Assembly: GCA_973895155.1 (NCBI GenBank)
Contig: OZ316894.1
Span: 18,762,805 to 18,826,804, forward strand
Direction of reading: 5' to 3'
Length of the DNA: 64,000 nucleotides
Source of the DNA: Marsupella aquatica
Lineage: Eukaryota > Plantae > Marchantiophyta
The position numbers were made by a program, and so were the translations under genes. This document shows positions 1 to 11,500 of the stretch, one piece after another; within the stretch, counting starts at the first letter, position 1, and every line of letters begins with the position of its first letter. A model generated the notes under the pieces. It was not told where the DNA came from and searched no databases. It worked only from the letters and a program-made list of their open reading frames with translations.

Positions 1-42
1 TATGCAGCTACTTTATTCAAGCATCTAATATGAAATGCATAC

Positions 43-2809
43 CTTGACAGGGACCATAGTAAACCGTCCGACATTTTGCTCCATTAACTTCTCTGCGAGT
101 TCCGTCTTCATCTCTCTTGCCAGTCCCTGCACGTAATGCAATCGTGTCAACATTGACAAAGTCAGCTTCGATAGGAGTTGTTAGTACTTACTTTCTCATA
201 TTATTGCGGAGCCAATATTTAGAAAACCGTGTATGTAGAATATAGCTAAGCACCTGTAACTTTGATTTCAAAGCCCATTTCTCGGCGTCACCTCCTGATT
301 TAGCAGCTTCTTCCAGCTCGGCTAGACTGCTTTCTGAAAATACGTGGGGGGAGGGAACAGCGAATATGCACCGTTGCAGGTTATGGACAACCACGGAACA
401 GCTCACGTAGTTATCCTTCACTGCTGTAGGAACCTGCAAATCAGAACACACTGGCCTATAAGAATCTGGGATGCACACCGTTTCCAAATGTCACACCTTG
501 ATCAGTAAAATTGCGAGCAGGGAGACTCATGTAGGGTGACCTTTCGCAATTCATGAAATGATCATGCTTGGTCTTAAGTCAAGTAAAAGTGAACACAGCA
601 AATTTGAACGTCTGAGTCAAATACCTTGCCAAAGAGATAGATAGTCCCTGGATTGGATCCAAATTCTTCCTCGTATGCGTCAATAAGGTAGAAGGGGAGG
701 TTTCCATCAGTATCCACCGGAAGCGCATTGCTATCAGACTCTAGATTCTCGTCCATGAGCTCTTCTTTCTTCAGCGCATTTTCGACGTGCTTCAGTGCAC
801 CACCCTCGAGAATGGAGTGCCAGGCAGCACAAGCCTCAGCACCAGTCTCCCGATTCTCAACAATCTTTGCGTTAAGTCCAGGCTTTACTCCGGATCTCCC
901 GCTGTCCATATTTGAAATACTTCCAGCAACGGACGGTTCCAGAGGGACATTTATGAACTCCGTCTTCACGAGAACCAACTCATGTTCAGGCGATCCTTGA
1001 ACTGCAAGGAGAGGTACTGTCTCTGGAGTCAGCACCGCTTCCTCTCCTGTCTTAAGACATGGGGCATCGAGAGCCGTTCCTTCGTCTGGAATGTACTCCT
1101 GAGTCTCATGAACGGGACTCTCTGAGATTTCCTGCTGCGGATGGAGCACCTTCACCTGAGATAATCGACTGAGTTGAGCGGAGGGATCTTGAACATGAAG
1201 CAATCCCGAGTCCAATTGTATTGTTGGTCGGCGAGGTTGTTGTGGTAATTCTGCAAATCCAGTAGAGGAACTCTCTCGAGTACGCAATTCTGGACAAGAA
1301 GTGGAGAAACGTGCTTAATTCAACATGTTTCAAGAAATCAGTCATGTTGGACACGAACACAATGTTGGCAAGGGGAGGAAAGATAGAAGTTGCGCAGGCG
1401 AAGGGGACGCTTTCAGTCTACACCGACGAGTGCACAACAGTCCTTATCCTGAATGTGAAATTCCTTTGCTTGGATAGTGTATAATAGCTCCTCTGAGAGC
1501 AGCACCCTCCCCTCCCCCTCCCCCTTTCTTCCCTTTCGATTTTGCCCGCAGGCCGAGGCCCTGGGACTACTGCGCAATTTGAACTCGCTACGCCACACGC
1601 CTCGTCTGGCGCCGTTGGGACAGTCGCCCATCCCGCCGTCGATGGATTCGTACCGAGGCCTATGAATGAGATTAACGGCAACTCGAATTGGACTACCACA
1701 TGATACTAACACAATTTGGGGGTTGGTTACTCGCTCCAGTTGTAATTTTCAAGACTATGCACTCGACGATCCTAAGTAGAGTGCTAGTACCATATGCTGC
1801 AAGCACGAATGGATCTTACCGCGCCTTCGTCGCTTTTCCCGCTCACGATCGACGTCGTCTGCCGTAATACCGGCTAACACATCGTCCAGAATGCTCTCGG
1901 TGGATGCTCCGATTTTACTGGCGCCAATTGGCTTGTCGCGAGCTCGCCTTCCGAACGCATTGACTGATGCTTCCGCAAACATGCTGGTCACTCTTCGCTT
2001 CCCTGTCAAGGCGGCTGCGGCTGCAAGCTCCGACGCTGTTTTGCTTGGCCTTTCCTTCTTCTTACTCTCTGCTTATATTAAAAAAAACAGCAAGTCAATG
2101 AGGCGCGAAAAAGGTAACATGCTCAACCAGCACTATGGTACAGTTGCCTTCAGTTTATCACACACTTCGTAGAGAAGAAAGAAATGAAGTTAAAATTCTC
2201 TGGTGACAGAAGAGAACACACGCAGCGACGCATCCGAACCTCATCGGCGAATCATTCAGGAAACTCTCGAGACTGGTCGTCCAAGAGATACTGAGTAATG
2301 CAAGAATAGAACCTAGTACGAAGCTGATGCAGGGAACGACGTAGAATGTCGATTAGCAAGGCATTGCAGGTGCGAGAGCTTCCATTTCTCATCAATCGTC
2401 ACACGGAGACGAGTCAAAAACAATAGCGGCCTCCTTGCATTAGGAAGTCAGTCTAACCTTGAGCTTTCTGTTGTCTACTAGCTTTCTTCGCATCGTCGCC
2501 ATCATCATCAGACTTCCCGGAGTTCCAGTCATCTTCATCCGCACCATCAATGTATCCCAGGCCTTCGTCATCCACCACGAACTCTGCAGCCTCCTCTCGC
2601 CTTCTTGCGACATGTCGATCATAGTCCGCTTCGGACAGAGTGTCATACACTTTCTCTTCAAGCCTCACCTCAAAATTATCTATACGCTTCCCCCCGTTTT
2701 TTTTCAATTTCAACAGCTCCTGAAGCGCGGACGACCTTGCATTGTCTTGCGGCAATCCTGTCGCCCGTCCAGTCCGTCTCCTACCACCAACCTCGTCAAC
2801 GTCCGCCAT
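43..2809 (-). CDS. POLA1: DNA polymerase alpha catalytic subunit, 5' part (exons approx. 2809-2458, 2068-1820, 1289-625, 434-254, 126-43; continues beyond the left edge)
   Basis: N-terminal Pol alpha motif (VYDTLSEADYDRHVARRREEAAEFVVDDEGLGYID), then LPFYLIDAYEEEFGSNPGTIYLFGKV, YVSCSVVVHNLQRCIFAVP and FTMVPVK. GT-AG junctions keep the frame (e.g. AQ-E-SKKK, RRR-E-LRT). Confidence 0.95.
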
Positions 2810-2846
2810 GCTGCACTATTGCGAACACCGGGCTTTCAAGCGATTG

Positions 2847-2858
2847 TTCCCGCGAAAA
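2847..2858. promoter_or_regulatory. E2F-type binding site just upstream of the POLA1 ATG
   Basis: TTCCCGCGAAAA (minus TTTTCGCGGGAA) resembles overlapping TTTSSCGS sites, about 40 bp from the start codon of a replication gene. Confidence 0.65.
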
Positions 2859-3094
2859 GCGAGGGATCTCTCTAACAAAAGTGTGGTCCGTCGTCCGCAT
2901 TTCAGAGCAGTCTCATCTTTCGAGATGATGAGACTGCTGTATGGAGAAATGCTTCAACAAACCTGCGAACGAATTGACGAATCGAACGGAGCGCTCCGGG
3001 TGAAAGAGAGAGCAGAGGGATAACCGGACTGCCAACATCGTTTCTCGAAGAATTCTCGTATCTTTCATACACCAGACTTCTGAGACAGAACTCA

Positions 3095-3106
3095 TTCCCG
3101 CGCAAA
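3095..3106. promoter_or_regulatory. Second E2F-like site in the POLA1 promoter
   Basis: TTCCCGCGCAAA (minus TTTGCGCGGGAA). A third site, GGCGCGAAA (minus TTTCGCGCC), lies at 2102-2110 in intron 1. Confidence 0.55.
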
Positions 3107-3329
3107 GTTGAGGGCTCTTGTAGTACAAAGTTGTGTCCGCAGGGCATTTCCACGGGCCCGCCGGTATATCGTAATTTCTGTAGGGAATACGAAACTGAAA
3201 CCCGGATGGGCCTCCACCGTGTCTATGAAACCCAGAGGGACCGGGAAAGTTGGGATGGACTTGCTGGGAACATTTAAGATTGACTCAGATAACATTGTTT
3301 ATAGTTTTGACTGAAACGTGAGTGATTTC

Positions 3330-3592
3330 AGTTACATTACAAAACCGATCTACTCCGTATCTTGACTACCTTGAACCTGAAAGATGTCAACAAGACGTCA
3401 TGGCATTACTCAGGAACTCCCGTTTTCAATTGTTACATTACAAAACCGATCGCCACGGTAACTTGATGACCTCAAACCTGAAAGATGTCAGGACATCATG
3501 ACAAAACCGATCTCCTCGGTAACTTGATGACCTTAAACTTGAGAGATGTCACGACATCATGCCACTACTCGGGAACTCCTGTTTTCAGTTGA
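3330..3592. repeat. Imperfect tandem repeat (three related units) upstream of POLA1
   Basis: ACAAAACCGATC..(AA)CTTGA(T)GACCT..AACCTGAAAGATGTCA..GAC(G/A)TCATG occurs three times; the GGAACTCC(C/T)GTTTTCA tail occurs twice. Confidence 0.8.
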
Positions 3593-6500
3593 CCCACATG
3601 AATATTTCCATTTTTGAAGTGTGAAGTGAACTAGTGAATTAGAATATTTGACCATCTTAATGTTCATTATAAATGAAGCAAATGATTTTACAAAAGTCTC
3701 AAACTTTGTCAGACACAATAAACATATACTAAAGTGTCATTTGATGCAACTTCAAAAACTTTTTAATAATTGTGGAAGCTGCACTATCCTTAAACTCTCT
3801 GCCTCTTTGAATATATGTTTGAACCACATGTGGTAACCATTTGAAGGACTTGTCCAAACACAGCATTCCCGAATCTTTTACTGGTCCCCACCATCGAGAA
3901 TTCTGCTTTGCTCTAGTTCAGTGGTGGAATTGTTTGCTCTCTTTCAGCTATGGAATTCTTGTTGTAGTTGTGCGTAATACTAATTGTTGCAAGTCCACAC
4001 CTATGATTGTGTGATTCCTGTTGCTCAAGTCTCCCAGATTCCCCACACTGGACAACTTGGATCCCTGGAATTTGACAGGGGATGAACACGACCAACTGGG
4101 TAGCCTTTGAAGAATTGTCATCCCAATCCATCTATCCGCCCTTCTGTAAAATCTCTGCTCCACTGCTCCACAACATCTCCGTTCCCTATGATATGGTGAG
4201 CCTGATTTTAGGTATGGTTACAACTTTGGCTGTCTGAGTCCTTTTCTTGAACTTTACAAGAATCAGAGTTAATAGTCAAGTCACCTGAATCAGTGTTGTC
4301 AATTACTAAACTATCAAGCTTGCCATTCAGATTTCTCCTGACTGGGGAGGACGATGTTGTTTGTACTCACCCGGGCCTGTCCAATGGTTTTCTTTTTGGT
4401 GTAAAAACAATGTTTGCTTTATGCAGTCCATGGGATGAATGGTTTTCTTTTTGGTGTAAAAGCAATGATTGCTTTATGCAATCCATGGGGATGGATAGGG
4501 ACAACGTCTTGCTCCATTGTATCTAACGATATAATATTGTTCCCTCTTTTTTCAGTTTTGTAGACAGACCATGAGAAGTATTTGGCGGGATCCCTAATTA
4601 TAGAAGTAGGCAGAGGAGGTCTGGATAGGGGTTCTAGCCATAACGTACCCTGCTCCAAGAAAGTTCACTTTGTGGTCATAGGGTACAGGCTAGTAATCCA
4701 GACTAGACCGCCATTATCCTAGATGTGAATGTGGTACGGTATACATGTTCTAGTGTCTATTCATTTCTAGAGATCTTGGTATATCCATAATCTATTGCCC
4801 AAAAATTGATCAAGAACTTTTGTCCCTTAGTGCATTGACCTAATATAAACTAAGACAATCCGGCATGAGGGGGGCACTAGCTCTTGCTAGATGTTTGGTA
4901 TATACTTTGATGATAGTTATTTGGTGGATTGCCCTGATTAGACTTGTGAATGCCTTGGGCAGGATTTGAGCTATCAAACATTCCCAAAATAAGAAAAATC
5001 TGAATCTCTCTCCAAGCACCCTAAAGCCCTTTCACAAGGGCATTGTCCTTGGGAAAGCACCTTGAGCAGGCCTGACCTTGTGACAGGGCCTTTACTATAG
5101 ACATAGGGGGCAGGGCAAGGAGAAAGAAGAGTGGTGGGTGGAGGGTAAGAAAGGGTGTGGGTTAGGGGAGGCAGGAAAATTTGCTTTCTTGGGAGAGGGT
5201 CTGAAAAAGAAAACAATGAGGTGCCTGCAAGGTTTCACAGAAACTAGGAGGGAAAGAGGTGGGTTGAGAGGAGTGGGTTGATGAGGGATTGTAAGTAGGA
5301 GGGGGTTTAGTGTTTGGCGACCCATCTTGCCCTTGGAACCATGCCAAGTGTCTTTTGTGTCATCAACACTAAACTATTTCTATAGACAAAGGAATTTCTT
5401 GCATATGAGGAGAGCTTCTTATTAATGTACAATTTAGATGTTGTGTTAGGAATTAACTTGAGTTCCCGACTTTAGTTAGTCTGGCCTTCCCGTTGGCCTT
5501 AGTAGGGTTAGTTAACCTTTGATTACATTAGGATCAGATCCGCTTAGATTAAGCCCACACATCTCAACCTGGGGGGTATAGGTTGGAGAGAACATTCTTT
5601 CATTCATTCTTCACATGTACTCTCATATGCTAAGGATCCTTCATGAGATTCTCCACTCATGGTGTCTTGTTGTTGTAGCGTATGATCAAGTGTACTCTCA
5701 TGTTCTGCATTTGCTGTCTAGTCTAAGCCGATGGTTTCTTACATGTTGATCAAAAAATAAGTGTTAGTTCATTTTGTTGATGTTGAGTTGTGTATTTAGA
5801 CTATCTTTGTTTTAAGTCTCCTCCCATTATGGCTCCTAGCCCCTGCCTTTGGGCATGGACACAATTGTCCTTCCATTCTTAGTGAGTGAGCTGATAGCTT
5901 CAATGAAAAGTCAATCAGGACTCAAGTTGCTCGGGACCTCATTGATCTTGATCCAAGAGATGTACCCATTCTAAAATTAGCTGAGCATAGACAGATGCTA
6001 AAATTAGCCTATCATGACTCATGCTAAAGTTGGCAAAAATGGCTATTGGGTTTGCCAAACATGGTTGGTTGCCAGAATCAGCCAAGTAGCGTCCATTGCC
6101 CCAAACAGCTGAGAACAAGTCCTCTTCTAGAATTAACCAAGCATGGGTCCAACGCTAAGATTAAGAGTATTCAGAAGTTTGGAAATTTTGCTACGCAATG
6201 TTTTCCTTCCAATTTAAAAATTAGAGAATGGTGGCTCAAGCCTTGCACTTTTATAAATTCCTTTTGGCTGTAGGCAAAGAAAGATAGATAGAAGGCAGAA
6301 GTCCCTCTAAGATGTGCCAAAACTCTGTGTGTTGGATGTGCCAAATCTCTTGGAATTAGAGTCCCTACAAGCAAAAGGAGAGAAGGAGAAGACCTCAACA
6401 ACATGCTTTCGGATCGCCTTTAGGGATTTTGTACGCGCTTTTGAGCATTTGTCTAAAAAGCTTCAAATCTATGCCTAAAGCGTTGGACAATTGCTTTCAA

Positions 6501-7091
6501 CACTAATTGATTGATTTACTTTTCCCCATTTTTTAGCATTGTTGTGCAATGTTGCGGTGTGTACAATAGACACAATGCCCTTAGTGGTTTTTCTCTTTAA
6601 GATTTTTAATGCTTTATGGAAAAGAATGGACACAGATTTGAGTTCTTGGGGTTGTAGCAACATGACCTTCACTTTTAAAAACAAAGTAGCAGTAAAAATT
6701 CTTTGAGGCTTTTATGTGTCTAGTGAAGTCCTGTTACAGAACATTTGTGCCTCATGATGCCTCCCAAGGATGCCCCCAACAGGGCGATTATAAGCGGGAG
6801 TTTTGAAAGGCTATTATTGTCCAGAATGCTCTGGTAAAACTACATTCATACATCTGCCGGTCTAAAACCACACCTGTTGGTATAAAAGCGCCATTCTCTC
6901 CCTCATTACTCTTCATTCCTGTCCTGTGACAAATAGTGTCTCACCATAGAAAATGGAGCACGTGCCAATAAAAGATTTTGCATTCATCATCTTTGTGGAA
7001 TTTGAGCTCATTCCTAAATTTGTGCACTTTATAAGGACAACTCTGACCTAACTCTAGCTTTTTGTAGGGGCAACTGTGATTTAGGTCTAAA

Positions 7092-7296
7092 CCTTTTTCT
7101 TTATTACTAAATTTAGTAATAAGTAATTTAGTATCTTTACTACTAAATTTAGTAATAAATTAGTAATAAGATAGTAATCTTTAGTAATTTATTAGTATCT
7201 TTAGTAGTTATTTACTAAATTTAGTAGTAAATTACTAAAGATTACTACCTTTTTCTTTATTACTAAATTTATTACTATCTTTATTACTAAATTTAG
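7092..7296. repeat. AT-rich block built from the palindrome TTACTAAATTTAGTAA
   Basis: 22-bp perfect palindrome TTATTACTAAATTTAGTAATAA at 7101-7122 and further TACTAAATTTAGTA copies; bounded by the direct repeat ACCTTTTTCTTTATTACTAAATTTA. Confidence 0.8.
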
Positions 7297-7353
7297 ATAA
7301 ATACAGGCTTTGAAAGCTTTTGGGGAGCTTTTAGTACAACATCAATATAATGT

Positions 7354-8128
7354 CCCATTTTGATGTGCAAATACCGAGACTCAACTTAAAAGGCATAGTG
7401 TACCATCAAAGTCCTTGTCCCATTTTGATGTGCAATTACCCATACTCAATTTACGGGCATTGTGTACCATCAAAGTACTTCTTCCATTTTGATGTGCAAT
7501 TTACCCAGACTCAATTTATAGGCATTGTGTACCATCAAAGTCCTTGTCCCATTTTGATGTGCAATTACCCAGACTCAATTTATAGGCATTGTGTACCATC
7601 AAAGTCCTTGTTCCATTTTCATGTGCAATTACCCAGACTCAATTTACAGGCATTGTGTACCATCAAAGTCCTCCTTCCATTTTCATGTGCAATTACCCAG
7701 ACTCAATTTATAGGCATTGTGTACCATCAAAGTCCTCCTTCCATTTTGATGTGCAATTACCCATACTCAATTTACGGGCATTGTGTACCATCAAAGTACT
7801 TGTTCCATTTTTGATGTGCAATTTACCCAGACTCAATTTATAGGCATTGTCTATCATCAAAGTCCTCCTTCCATTTTCATGTGCAATTACCCAGACTCAA
7901 TTTATAGGCATTGTGTACCATCAAAGTCCTCCTTCCATTCTGATGTGCAATTACCCAGACTCAATTTATAGGCATTGTGTACCATCAAAGTCCTCCTTCC
8001 ATTTTGATGTGCAATTACCCACACTCAATTTGTAGGCATTGTGTATCATCAAAGTCCTCGTCCCATTTTGATGTGCAATTACCCAGACTCAATTTATAGG
8101 CAATTTATAGGCATTGTGTACCACAAAA
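7354..8128. repeat. Tandem array of about 12 copies of a 64-bp unit
   Basis: Unit CCATTTTGATGTGCAATTACCCAGACTCAATTTATAGGCATTGTGTACCATCAAAGTCCTCCTT repeated head-to-tail with few substitutions and no unique spacers. Confidence 0.95.
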
Positions 8129-8469
8129 GTACTCGCTTTTGGGACATGACATCACAGAAATGAAGTGAAGTCCTCGCTTTTGGCACAATGAGCCTGAACC
8201 AGGAAGTGAATCTTTCATACGGTACCACAGAATCACGTACAGTATCTCTCGGGCCGTAGACTAGACACGATTGTGCTATTTTATGGGCCATTTTGGTCAT
8301 CGGCAAGCGAGAAGTAAGGAAGGTACGACGAAGACGACCACCAGAAGTCCAGGACTCTAGGAGGAGTGAGTGAGCGAATGATTGAATTAACACCGCTTCT
8401 GATTTCTTTCTCTCAAGTCAGTGCTGCGAATCGCTGGTGATCGACGCGCAGGACGATCGAATTGGGCTC

Positions 8470-8523
8470 GGAAGAAGAAGAAGAAGAAGAAATAGGAGGA
8501 GGAGGAGGAGGAGAAGAAGAAGA
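8470..8523 (+). repeat. (GAA)n/(GGA)n microsatellite in the putative 5' UTR of the CCR4-like gene
   Basis: GAAGAAGAAGAAGAAGAAGAAATAGGAGGAGGAGGAGGAGGAGAAGAAGAAGA directly before ATG 8524. Confidence 0.85.
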
Positions 8524-11500
8524 ATGCGCCACTTGGGTTGCATAGGCCCTTCGTCCTCTTCATCATTGAATTCTGCTCCTTCCGCCGTGCTGTTGTCGTC
8601 CTTCGCGCTCTCACGCCGATCTTCAGCCCTCCTTCGCCGGACGCTCATGAATTTCCACGGCCCGCGCTCGGCCCCGATACAATCCAACCACAGCAATGCT
8701 GCAGATGCCGCACGGATCCATTCGGTTTCGGACGGAGAGGCCATCCAGCGCCATCGTAATTCGCAGCAACTCCTCGGCAGCGAAAGAGGAGGAGGACGAG
8801 GGGGAGGATTGAGCAGCAGTGGTCGTGGACAAGTGAATGCGGATTGGAATCTCGAGCAAGAGCAGCAGCAGCAGCAGCGAGAGATACGGAGAAGGATAGG
8901 AGACGGGGAACAGCGATGGAAAGAGAGGCGGGGTTGGAATAATAATGAGGGTAATGGATGGGAGGAAGGGCCGAGCTCTCGGGCAGGTGGCAGCACAGCA
9001 AACTTTGGATGGTGGGGAGGGAGAGGAGAGCGAGGGGTTTCCAGTAGGGGCAGGGCTGGACAAGGAGAGTGGAATTATCAGGTCAAGGGGAATGATTCGG
9101 ACAGACGGCCCAAGAGTGCGGATATTGCACCCCTCGACAAGAGATTTATCAGATCCCGAGACGATGAGGAAAGGTACTGGTGCTCTGCCGAGAACGAGCT
9201 GCCCGCTGCTGCACACGGTATGTCATCAGAGCCTCGTTGATTTCGATGATCTGTCCAGAACACCAACATTCTAGCCCTTACTTAATAGTGCCACAATTTT
9301 TGTTACACTAAATTTTTGTTACCTGAGTTTTTATTTTTACGTTTAAGACGATGCCACTATGACGCTAATTGAATAGATAATAGACACAAAAATGTGGATG
9401 TTTATGCACTCCATGTTTACATAACTTATATCTCTTCCTTCTTCAGAAAAATTTGTACTCGTCTCTTATAATATTCTTGCGGACAAAAATGCCTTAGAGC
9501 ATTACAACGAGATGTATTACCACATACCCTACTGGTTGATGAATTGGGACCGGCGAAAGACTAAGCTGGTCGAGGAGTTGGGCTATTTTTCTCCAGACAT
9601 CATGTGCTTACAAGTGAGATTCAAGATGCGTCACCTTTGTGTTGTCGTGTGATGCGTCAGTGGAACGATCTTAGAATGTTAGAGCCGGTTGACAAGGACG
9701 GAATTCTCCCGTGTCACTTGTACATTTAAGGGATTGCGATGCCTCTCTGGCCAGAATTTAACGCGCTTGCCTTTGTCCTTAGCTTTTGATATTCCGATAG
9801 CTATTGCTCTGCTGGTTTGGACTTCCAGGCAATTTAATTTGAAATGATCTGCAGTTGTCTTTCTCTTTGTTCATGAAGACTTCGTTTGCCGAGGAATATC
9901 TTGCTCCTTCAAATCTACATTGTGTTTAGCTGTAGCCTGATCCTTTCATGATTTTTATAGGAAGTGGATAAGTATGAGGACCTACATCAAGAATTCCAGC
10001 GGATGGGGTATCGCGGTGCTTATAAAGTAAGTGGTTTGCAGTGAAAAACGCACGTGGCAAGCAAGTATGGTTTTTGCAAGAGCAGTTGTTATGAATTTTC
10101 CGTTTACAGAATGATATAGAAGACCCGCATTCTCTCAAATCGAGATATACAACCGGATTAAGGTATTGAATTTTCGTGAACGATTATCTTCTAGTACTGG
10201 ATGAATATTGCCATTATCACATCGGAAAGGCACGAAATTTCTCCTGTAACCATTTTTTTTTGGCTATCCTGTGACTATGAGAGTGATGGTGTTGTGCAGG
10301 GTCGTACGGGAGGTGCACGTGATGGGTGCGCCATGTTCTGGAAACCCAGCAGGTGATTCCCCTACCAAGGTTCTGGAAAAGTGTGACGCCTTTGATTGAC
10401 CTCGTAAGAAGAGATGAGAAACAATTCAAAGGATGTTCAAAGAATCAAATTTATTTCTGGCCTAGTATTCAACCCGTTAACAGTTGGGCCAGTTTTGTGG
10501 ATTTGGCTGTGGCAGATTTCGTTTGCTGGAAGAATCCAGCATACAATTCAATGAGTTGGATTTAAGAGACAATGTGGCTCAGCTTTGTGTTTTCCAGGTA
10601 CTGTTTATCCTCCAGAGCATTTATTTGCACCAATCAATTGTACCATTAGTGTATCCTTTGCTGGATTGTTCTCAACGTGCGCTACTAGTGAAGTGTATCG
10701 ATGAGCCTTGATGACAAGAAATATCACAATCTTCACTAAATCTACTCGTGATCTCGAAATATGTAATTATCCATTAGCTAGTTATGGTCTTGTATCCGTG
10801 CTATCTCTTTGCGACAATTCTGTCGAGATTTCATTATGCCTGGTTGAAGTCTTTGTTTCTGTTCTAATGTATTTTTATGTTGCGGAACTTCTCTCTACCT
10901 CGTTCCATAGAGTATTGCTGGGACGGCAGAGCAGGACCTGAATTCCGAAAATCAAGATCCAAACTTTGGGTATTTTTAAACCTTTCTTAACTGTTGGATC
11001 CATATGGTGAATAACCACTATTCTGATTCTAAGGGTATCCAAGTCATTATTGTAGTGATGCTTTACTCTCTTGATTGCTTCGTGGTCCTGTAAGATGAGA
11101 GTAATCAGCATTTGATTGCCTACCTCTGATGTAATCTGCAATTATTGAGGTCTGACTGGAGACGATAGTTCGTTGATGTTACATTCGTAGTTGGAATTCT
11201 GTTCTTATGCTGACGGGGGCGTTTCATTCAGGTACAAGAGAGGTCCAGGAAGCGTCGTTATAATTGGCAATATTCATGTGCTTTTCAATCCAAAGCGTGG
11301 TGACGTTAAGCTGGGCCAGGTAAGCTGATACGCGTCTGATATTTTCAAGGGAGGGGCTTTGGGCACTGTTTACGATAATCGCAAGGAAGAGACCTGGGGC
11401 TGCCTAAAGTGACTCGTTTTTATGCCTTCTGATGGGTTTTGCAGGTGCGTGTGCTGCTAGCGTCAGCCCATGCACTTTCACAGAAATATGGTGGTGCTCC

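Noticed and set aside
1413-1712. GC-rich segment and short ORFs in POLA1 intron 2 (possible snoRNA or nested gene)
   Set aside because: No C/D or H/ACA box arrangement or recognisable protein motif was found.
2204-2215. miR156-like TGACAGAAGAGA in POLA1 intron 1
   Set aside because: Only 12 nt match, and no complementary star arm was seen.
7354-8128. CRISPR-like array
   Set aside because: Whole units are repeated with no unique spacers, there are no cas genes, and the context is eukaryotic. The ORFs across it are repeat artefacts.
8418-9216. Long antisense ORFs (192 and 197 aa)
   Set aside because: Shadow frames of the low-complexity, GC-rich exon 1 of the CCR4-like gene.
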